Shown: positions 12,282 through 21,360 of the stretch, in pieces | How positions within the stretch are numbered: position 1 is the first letter of the stretch | Layout: every line of letters starts with the position of its first letter | Source of the DNA: Squalus acanthias | Taxonomy: Eukaryota | NCBI GenBank assembly: GCA_030390025.1 | Contig: CM059440.1 | Location: 28,520,001 to 28,584,000 of the forward strand | DNA length: 64,000 nucleotides | Reading direction: 5' to 3' | Made by a program: the position numbers and the translations under genes | Notes under the pieces: generated by a model | What the model saw: only the letters and a program-made list of their open reading frames with translations | Databases searched by the model: none | Told to the model about the DNA's origin: nothing

Positions 12282-12604
12282 GCAGCACCTCCCAAACCCG
12301 CGACCTCTTCCACCTAGAATGACAAGGGCAGCAGGCGCATGGGAACACCACCACCTCCCAGTTCCCCTCCAAGTCACACACCATCCTGACTTGGAAGGAC
12401 ATCGCCGTTCCTTCATCGTCACTGGGTCAAAATCCTGGAACTCCCTCCCTAACAGCACTGTGGGAGTACCTTCAACACACGGACTGCAGCGGTTCAAGAA
12501 GGCGGCTCGCCACCACCTTCTCAAGGGCAATTGGGGATGGGCAATAAATGCTGGCCTTGCCAGCGACGCCCACATCCCATGAACTAATATTTTTTTTAAA
12601 AAAA
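12282..12604 (+). mobile_element. LINE family A 3' end
   Basis: Near-identical to 5820-6113 and 34302-34610. Confidence 0.85.
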
Positions 12605-13272
12605 GGCCCTGTGACAACTTTTGATGGGTTTTAGTTAAGCCACTTTCATTAAATTTATGTCCAGTATATTGTCAAATGGATGCCAAGTCAACAAAATAGG
12701 TGGGCATTTTTCATTTGGCTACCAAATGGCGCTAAAAACAAGTTATCAGTTTGGCTCAGTGGATAACATTTATCTCTGGGTTAGAAGGTTTTGGATTTGA
12801 GCCCCACACCAGACTTGAACGAATATTCTGGGTGTACGTTAAAGCTCACGTGACACTATTCAAAGAAGCGTAGAGTTTTTTCCTGATGTCCTGGCCAAGA
12901 TTCCTCCCTCAAACAGTACCACTGAAACAAATAAACTAATTGGTCCTTCACCTCGTTGCCATTTGTGGGATCTTGTGTGCATAATGGTTGCAGCATATGT
13001 CTACATAACACTCGTGAGCATTTTGAAGTAACTCATTGTATATAGAGTGCTTTGAGTCATGATAAAACACTATATACAATAGAGGCAAGTCTTTTTCTAA
13101 ATGTGATATCCCTGGATGTGTAAACAAACTAAAATCAGACACAAATACCATAAGTGGTGCTGCTGTTTGAGCATTTTATTCCAGAATACTTCAGTTACTC
13201 TCAGGGGTAATTTAAGTGTGTAAAATTCTTTCTATTTTCAAAATGCTTTTTAATTACAATTTTTCTTGTCAG

Positions 13273-13464
13273 GAATTACACTAGAAAACTTTTCTGTGTG
13301 CAAGGAACTCCTAATACCAGCAGGAACCACTAACTATCATGTTCGTATGCGTCTCTATGACACCAAAAAGCGTCTGCTGAACCTGAGCATTCGGATTGTG
13401 TGCAGAGCAGAGGGCTCCCTCAAGATACTAATTTCTGCACCGTACTGGCTCCTCAACAAGACAG
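13273..13464 (+). CDS. VPS13D: VPS13D exon (ITLENFSVCKELLIP...SAPYWLLNKT)
   Basis: tgtcag acceptor, gttaga donor; 192 nt, phase 1-1. Confidence 0.96.
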
Positions 13465-13594
13465 GTTAGAAAAAGAGCTCAAATTCCAAAGTAAAAATAG
13501 ACGCATGATGTAATGCTGCATATTTTCAGAACTGCAAGTTTTGCACAAAAATCAATGGTCTGAAGAGTTCTGCTTCATTCCCATCTTTCCTCAG

Positions 13595-13721
13595 GGCTGC
13601 CATTAATTTTTCGACAGGACAATGCCAAGTATGATGCGGCAGGACAGTTCGAGGAGCATGAGCTTGCACGAAGCCTCAGCCCCCTCCTGTTCAGCTTTGC
13701 AGACAAGGAGCAACCTAACAT
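13595..13721 (+). CDS. VPS13D: VPS13D exon (LPLIFRQDNAKYDAAGQFEEHELARSLSPLLF...)
   Basis: cctcag acceptor, gtgagt donor; 127 nt, phase 1-2. Confidence 0.96.
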
Positions 13722-13844
13722 GTGAGTAAAAGATGCAATAGTACACATCCCAGGTTCGTCTGATGTCCACAAACTGACGATTGTGAATTTGGGTAGTTTG
13801 TAATTATGGAGAGGATCTATCCTGTCCTTAACCTTTGTAAAAGC

Positions 13845-14112
13845 TTCTTCGACAGCACCTCCCAAACCTGCGACCTCTACCACCTAGGCGCATGGGAACA
13901 CCACCACCTCCAGGTTCCCCTCCAAGTCACACACCATCCTGACTTGGAAATATATCGCCGTTCCTTCATCATCGCTTGTCCTTATGTGGCTCGGTGTCAA
14001 ATTTTTTGTCTTAAAATATTCCTGCGCAGTGCCTTGGGACGTTTTACGACGTTAAAGGTGCTATATAAATACAAGTTGTTGTTGTCCACATCCCATGAAC
14101 AAATTTTAAAAA
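13845..14112 (+). mobile_element. Composite of LINE family A 3' end and an L2-type tail
   Basis: 13845-13976 family A, about 13980-14085 L2-type tail, 14086-14112 family A terminus. Confidence 0.75.
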
Positions 14113-15429
14113 GTTTTAAGCTTTGCGATGCTGGGAATTACAAGAAAGATTTTTAAATAATTTCGGTTCATAGCTCTGATATTTATATCTGTGTGAAATA
14201 TATTCGTGTGTCTGAGTGAATCTTGGATGTAGATCTACAAATGGGGCACTGTAGACGGGCAGATGTCCTTATTCCTAAATGCCTGTATTCCTTCTCTTAT
14301 GAAACCAACCCTCTTTACCTTGTAACTCTAACTTTGCAATTGTACAGATTTACAATTCATTTTCATTTTCTTAAACTTACATACACACTTGCCTCGTGCC
14401 TTCTCTCCTAAAGGTGATGATTAATGTTGGGGTATAGTTCCATGGGTGCCAGCAACAGTTCTTGATGTGTGAGCATCAGCAGGTATCGCAGCTGCTTCCA
14501 TTCTGTCCTCAACCAAGTACTTGCGCACTTTCCAGCAAGAGTTAGCAAATGGTGACCAGGACCAAGAATCTTGACCAATGGTCCTTCCCAATGGATACAA
14601 CAATTTTACCCCACCCACTCCTGCCAAGGTTGAGAGAGGTTATATCAGCACAGACCAGGGATCAAAGCTTCTTGGTCTGTATAACTCCATATTACACTAT
14701 GAAATGGAATGCATGCAATTTATTCCTCATTCTTCCTCCAGATTTCCATCTTTCCTTCTCCCCCTTTCGTACATCCTGAAGTAATTGACTCCTTTCTGTG
14801 ATGCAGATTCGATGCTACTAGTCACCCTCCATACATAGCCCAATGGCTATTCTACCACTGTGAGCTGATATAATGACTATTGACAACTGTTTGACTACAG
14901 GGGAAACTGGAATCCTTACTCAATTTCCAAACAAGTCACCTTCAGCAGGGGTCACTGGATAGCAATCAAGACCCATTTGATTGTCACCTCTCTAACCAAG
15001 GGGTGCTGAGGCAAATTGCTGTGCCTCTATTGCTACCCAGGTTGAGATTATCTGACTCAAACTTGGTGCTTCATAGTCTCGGTCGCTCAGCTATTCGAGA
15101 AGCCCAGCATGTACTCTTCAATCTAGTTTTAAGAATCATCAACTTAAAAAAGTTGGTTATGCTATGTACTTAAGGACAAGAAAAGGCCATCAGGTGATTA
15201 ACACGCTCACTCCATTTTTTTGTTGGATTTAGCCCCATTACCCATCCTTCTTTCGCTCCACCTCCTGGGAGAGGCATAAAGCACAGATACCTGTAGCCAA
15301 TTCAGGAAACCTCTGTCAAAAATCCCTTTCTGACCCCTCAAAGGCTATTAGGCAAGCCCCGGGATGCCCCAAATCCATTAGTTTTCACCCATAACCTTAC
15401 CTACCCTCTGCTTGATCACATAGCTTTTC

Positions 15430-16215
15430 AAAAATGTATCTTGACACCTTCTTGAAGGACTAGCAGTCAGTCCTCATTACCAGCTGGGGAATGCAGTTTC
15501 CATAAGTCAATCACTCTGAGGAAAATAAAACCTCTGCATGTCCAACCTCACTTCCTGCTTTCTCAATTTAAATGGATAGCCCGTGTACTACCTGCCCCCT
15601 TCACCTCAAACAATCTGTCTACTTGTATGTTATCGATGCCCATATTGTGAATCAGATCCCCTCTAAATCTATACCTCTCCAACAATTCCAAACCTAAGGC
15701 ACAAGGTCCATCTTCATAACTCAATGAACTTAAGCCGGAGATCATTCTCTTTACCTTTCTCTGTACCTTCTCTAGAGCCACAATGTCCTTTTTGAGGTTG
15801 GGGGGTGGGGGGGGACCAAAATTATGCACAATACTCCAGATAAGGTCTCACCAAACCCTTATATAACCCTATTATCATGGCCCTAGTTTGCACTGAACAG
15901 TCCTGGCAATACAGCTCAGGACCGTGTTTGCTCTGGCCACAGCCTCCTGAAACTGTGTTTAAATCTTTTGGGAATGGTTAATGATAACTCCCAAGTTTCT
16001 CTCCCTGTCACTTTTAACCTACATCCATTCATGCTATACTCTGTATCCAAATTCTGTGCACCTGTACTCCTAACTACACAATGATCTACATTAAAAGCCA
16101 TTTAACAATTTTGGGCCTACTTCAGTTTATCCAAATCCAGCTGTAATCATATTTCCCTCTAATTTCTGACACTACCACATGATTTAGTATCATCCGTGAA
16201 TTTAGTAGCACTACT
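15430..16215 (-). mobile_element. Old CR1 LINE fragment
   Basis: Minus-strand peptides KFTDDTK, LKKDIVALEKVQR, SYED, RGDLI, with frameshifts. Confidence 0.8.
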
Positions 16216-16319
16216 ATCTATGGTTGTTAAGTCTTCCAGGAAACCACCTCCTTCCAGTCTTACTGACTTGTGTGTGTGAGTGAGTGGATTCATCCTCACA
16301 TTGTCTCTGATCCCTGCAG

Positions 16320-16462
16320 GTGTACCATGCGGATTGGGAAGGGGATCCATCCAGATGCAGTACCTGGTTGGTGTCAGGAGTTCTCTCCAGATGGAGGCAG
16401 TGGTGTACGAGCAGTGAAAGTGATTCAGCACGGGAACAGGCCAGGACTCATTTATAGTATTG
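16320..16462 (+). CDS. VPS13D: VPS13D exon (CTMRIGKGIHPD...GNRPGLIYSI)
   Basis: ctgcag acceptor, gtgagt donor; 143 nt, phase 2-1. Confidence 0.96.
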
Positions 16463-16642
16463 GTGAGTCTGAATAAAGTACTATACTGACCTGAAGGGAA
16501 AATCTTTAGGGGTTGGGGGGCAAAGCAGATCATACTTAAACATCATAAAAGCACAGTCAGTAACAGATTTGGTCCAGAGACAACAATGGAGCTTGTGTAG
16601 CAATTACTAACTTGTGGTCTCCAAACATGCTTCCTATTTCAG

Positions 16643-16773
16643 GTATTGATATCAGGAAAGGTAGAGGGCGCTACAGAGATACCAACATTGTGACCTTTGC
16701 ACCCCGATACCTACTGGACAACAAATCCTCCCACAAGCTGGCCTTCGCCCAACGAGAGTTCGCCAGAGGCCTG
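16643..16773 (+). CDS. VPS13D: VPS13D exon (IDIRKGRGRY...AFAQREFARGL)
   Basis: tttcag acceptor, gtagga donor; 131 nt, phase 1-0. Confidence 0.95.
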
Positions 16774-16944
16774 GTAGGAATATGCTTCTTTATCGTTATG
16801 ACAGCATGTCCCCATTAAATTGCCATTTGCATTTTAAAATAGTGTGTTACTGGAACTTGCTACAAGGGATGTTATCATATGAACATTGAACACGCTTATT
16901 GAATACCTCTCATCCGCTTAAATAGCCCCACTCTAAGTTTCGAA

Positions 16945-17440
16945 TATCTAGACCTACACTTCAGTAAGGTGCTGAGGGAATAATTCATTGTTGGAGGTGC
17001 TGTCTTTTGGATTAACCGAGGCCCTATCTGCCTGCTTGGGTAGATGTAAAACATACCATGCACTATGTGAAGAAGAGCAGGGAATTCCCCCAGTGTCCTG
17101 GCCAATGTTTCTATCCCTCAGCCAACACCACCAGTTTAACTAGTCATTCATCTCATTTGCTGTTTGTGGGACCTTGCTGTGTACAAATTGGCTTGTGTTT
17201 GCCTATATACCGACAATGACTACACTTCAAAAGTATTTCATTGGCTTTGAAGCGTTTTGGGATATCCTCAGGACCAATGTTCCCTTTAAGCAGCGCGGCC
17301 GCGCAGCATTCTGGAGCTCCCGTGCAGCCGGCTCACCGGCTTTTAAATGCAAAAATTGCGCATGCATGGGTTTTTTGAAAAAAAATTAGCAGCAACATTG
17401 CTCAGGACATGATGAAATGCTATGTTAATGCAAGTTCCTT
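16945..17440 (+). mobile_element. Deu-domain SINE interrupted by a hAT MITE
   Basis: Colinear with 25445-25821; the tail resumes after 17400. Confidence 0.75.
17275..17400. mobile_element. 126-bp hAT-type MITE
   Basis: 8-bp TSD CTCAGGAC (17267-17274 and 17401-17408); termini CAATGTT / AACATTG. Confidence 0.8.
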
Positions 17441-17635
17441 CCACCCCTCCTTCCTTTCCTCATTCTCGCCCTCCTTTCCGAAACAACTCGAGAGCTTGAA
17501 TGCCTCCCTTGTCTTGTTGACCAGAACTGGACACCAGACTCGAGGTGTGGCCCAGGCCCTGTTCAGTTTTCTGGGCCTGTTAGTATAGCTCCCTGATTCA
17601 CCAACAGTATAATTAATTTGAACTTTCTTTTTCAG

Positions 17636-17811
17636 GGCACTCAAAATCCAGACGGTTACATTTCAACTCTACCCGGTGCCAGTGTTGTATTTCATTGGCC
17701 AAGGAATGATTATGATCAGTTACTATGTGTGCGCCTGATGGATGTTTCCAACTGCACTTGGTCAGGGGGTTTCGAGGTGAACAAGAACAACTCCTTCCAC
17801 ATCAACATGAG
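17636..17811 (+). CDS. VPS13D: VPS13D exon (GTQNPDGYISTLPG...NSFHINMR)
   Basis: tttcag acceptor, gtgaga donor; 176 nt, phase 0-2. Confidence 0.96.
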
Positions 17812-19534
17812 GTGAGAAATGTGATAACCTAGGTTATGGACTAGGATACCTCTTAGATAAACATGGATTTAATTGGCATTCAGAAACTGGTGATTCTGCT
17901 GTCAGTGGCAGAGTGTGATGTCAGATTTGGCAGGATTACTCTGGTCTACCAACTCCTGTATCACACTTTACAGCAGGAGTGTTCCATACTTTTCTTTTGT
18001 GGGACACTTAGTTGCCCATAACAGAGCCTGTGGGACCCTGTTTGGAACGGCCCAGGCTCTTTTACCCTCTTCACTTCTCTTTGGTGAGTTGGAACTTGTT
18101 CGTTTGTTTTCCTTTCAATTTGAAGCTTTAGATCTACCACCTGTGAGCTCGGCCTCATTAGCTCCTGCCCCGCTACCACTGGTGGAATAGTGGAAATACT
18201 GGGAGCTTGCTAACTGACCCAGTATTTATTGCACTTTACACATCATTTATTGTTTGGATATTCTAGAATTTGTAGCAATCTGTGTTAGCAGATGTGTGGA
18301 TTGCAGTGTCATTGGCTCAGTTCACCCTTGTGAAGGAATTTTCTCCATGATGAGATGTTGCCAAGATCTGCTGTCTACTTTCTAGTGTTTGGGATTTCTT
18401 TTTGTATTATAACTTGAATTTTTAACTAGCTGGTGAACTTAAAAATGTTGTTTTCTGATTGGTGGAAAAGGACAGTGGAAATACATTCTGGCAACCAAAA
18501 TAGTGGCGCATCAGAACCAGATCTTTGTGGGTCATGGGCCACTGTTTGGAGACCTTTGCTGTACAGGTACTGGGTTTGATCCCAGCCCCTGTAGTATAAC
18601 TGGCCCTTTAGAGATTATTTTTTCACAATCTCCTTTCCAAAAAGGGTTTAAATTAACATTTCTCTGGCACTCGTGGTTACAGGCCAACGGCACAAGTTTG
18701 AAATTTTTTTCACTATTTACTGCATTTTCTATTAAGCTTAACCAGGCTCAACATCTGTTAATATTTTTCTGCAGCAAGTACTGGTTAGGTCCTATGCTAT
18801 TTTTGTCTGTTATCCGGTAAAATTTCTATACACTCCAGTCATTGTGATGAAACTGTGATGTGTTTACAAACCTGAATAAAAAGACTAATGTGCAGAACAC
18901 AAAAGGCTTATTGATACTTGACTTATGCATGTTGGCAAGTACTGGATACCCTCCCCTATTAGCTTTGTGGGTAAATGCATTGTGTATTGTGGGATACGGA
19001 CACAGCTTTGATCTCTAACTGAGCTACTCAATTTTAGCCACAATGACAATAAATGTGGTACATTTGGCCTCAACATCCCAAGACTAGTGAGTGGAAAATT
19101 GGCCAAGATTACCATTCCTGGGCCTTCTGCAGCAATTCCTGAGGGAAGTTTGTGCATGTGTGAGAACAAAATCAAGGTTGGAGTTTAACCTCATGATTAA
19201 ATATCCCATCTGCTCTCACTGTCCACTGTGTGAAGAATAGATATGTGGGCAAAATACTGCAGGACCTCTCCCCGTGGAAGAATAATCCCAGCCTGAATCA
19301 CCTTCAGAAAAGCAGGGGTAAGCAGACCAAATCAGAGAATCTTTTTTAACAAGAACTTTGAGTTCATGAGAGTTGGGTCTAACTGCCACATTCCGTTACA
19401 AAGACTTGATGTTGTATTTCTTTTACAGTGCCTGTTCTTTCTCATTTCTTGTCTTTTACTGTGTAACAAACTGGCTGAAGTTTGTAGCCTTGGAGGGCTC
19501 TCTGACCCACTGATTGCTATCTTTTTTTTTGCAG

Positions 19535-19658
19535 AGATACTCAAGGCAACTGTCACCTCCTGCGAGTGGAGATCACTCTGAAAGGAGCAACGTACCATAT
19601 TGCATTCAGTAACTCTGAACAGCTGCCGCCACCATTCCGCATCGACAACTTTTCAGAG
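19535..19658 (+). CDS. VPS13D: VPS13D exon (DTQGNCHLLRVEITLKGATY...PPPFRIDNFSE)
   Basis: ttgcag acceptor, gtaaat donor; 124 nt, phase 2-0. Confidence 0.95.
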
Positions 19659-20623
19659 GTAAATCACTGTGGGCCATTTTTAACACACTACAGAGCTACA
19701 GTACAATTCACATTTTGCAATCACAGCTCCTCGTGGATCCTGAAGGAGAAAGCACAAAACTAATTGCAAACAATTTATCTCATCTGTGTGTAGTCACCAC
19801 AAATAGGAGATGGCTCATCCTGCAGAAGTTTTATGTGTTAGACCTGTTGAGATTTATACAAAGTTGACTGGTTACGTCTACAGAACAAGTCAATCTTTAG
19901 ACTTTTGGCACTTGGTTGGCTAGAAAACTGACCTTTTGGAGGGAGTTTCAGCCAGTTGTTCCACCTCCCAAATGGATCTAACAAACACAGGAAAAAAGAC
20001 AAGAAATGTATTTAACCTTTAAAAATTAAGTTAAGACAGTTAGGTTATATTAGCTAGAAATAATGTGACATTTAAATTAAAGTAAATGGTAAGAGAGAGA
20101 ATGGTGAGAAAAGAGCCCAGGCAAGTAAAATACACAAAATGTTATTTAAAATTGCTTATGTTTATGTTATTGGGTTAATATAACAGTACTAAAATTATTC
20201 TCGACATTCAAGTCAATTTTTGGCCGTATTTGTTTCAGTATCATAGTATATGACTGCAAACGTTATTAAAAAGTCATAAGGGAGACCAGAATCCCTGAAC
20301 CTGCACCACTTAAACTAGGTAGCTCAATGTGTAGGAACCCAGCATGCCGATTGGTCGAGGGTAGGTTCATTGTTCTTGTTACCGTGCATTGAGTCCCAAG
20401 ATCAAATCACCTCGAATTTACAGTGCTTCCGCTTTTGTGTTTCCACCTCTGATTTCTATTTGTTCATGGTAGCTTTGAAAGTGCTACGGTGTAACCATTT
20501 CTGCTGTCTGGCAGCTGCAAGCAGCTAGAGAACGGGCTGTTATACCAATGTCATGGAGTACTCAAACATGTGTTCAGCCTTCACAGCAAGTTCCTGATCT
20601 CTCCTCTTTCTCTGTTGTATCAG

Positions 20624-20859
20624 GTTGCAATTATTTTCAACCAACATGGCGTGGCAGAGCCAAGACTAAAGACAGAGGTAAAACCAGCCAGCTCACTGGA
20701 TTATGCCTGGGACGAGCCTGTCCTTCAGCCTTTCATCACGCTGACAGTGAAAGGGGCAGGCTCATCGGAAATTACCTGTGATATGAATGACTTCAAAGAG
20801 TCCAAACAGCTTTACTATGAAAATTTCATCTACATCGCTGCTACACATACCTTCTCTGG
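20624..20859 (+). CDS. VPS13D: VPS13D exon (VAIIFNQHGVAEPRL...YENFIYIAATHTFSG)
   Basis: tatcag acceptor, gtaggc donor; 236 nt, phase 0-2. Confidence 0.95.
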
Positions 20860-21225
20860 GTAGGCTTCAGATTTCTGTTGCCCGGAATTACATTTCCAGT
20901 CAGCTTTTTAATATTCTTTATTGGTTTTGATTAATTGGCTGCAACTTTAGGAGCATGAGGTGGTGGTCTCGAACCATTGTCATGTGCTTTCAAAAGGCAT
21001 TTTCAGCTAAAAGAAAGAAATGTATTGTTTCTATATTGTTTGCTGCATTTGAGTTTAGAGTCTAGAGTTCTAGAGGAAACAAGGGAATCTCTGACTCTAA
21101 GCTCAAATGCAGCCAACGATATTGCGCTACAGCTCACAGGAGTTATTTCCATAGCTGTGTATTCAAAACTGATCTCTTAGTGCGTGCTCAAGGTAGATAG
21201 TCAGAGAGAAGTGTGTAGTCAAGGT

Positions 21226-21360
21226 AGGTATTTGAGGCATTGGGACCAGTTTTGTGGTAGGTGTGACCTATACAAAAGGGACGGTCTACACCTGTGCAAA
21301 GATGGAACTGAAGTTCTCGGGGTAAATTTTGATAAAGCAGTTCGGGAGCATTTAAACTAG
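21226..21360 (+). pseudogene. CR1 ORF1 C-terminal remnant (SGNH-esterase-like)
   Basis: RYLRHWDQFCGRCDLYKRDGLHLCKDGTEVLGVNFDKAVREHLN*; DGLH motif typical of CR1 ORF1 esterase domains. Confidence 0.85.
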
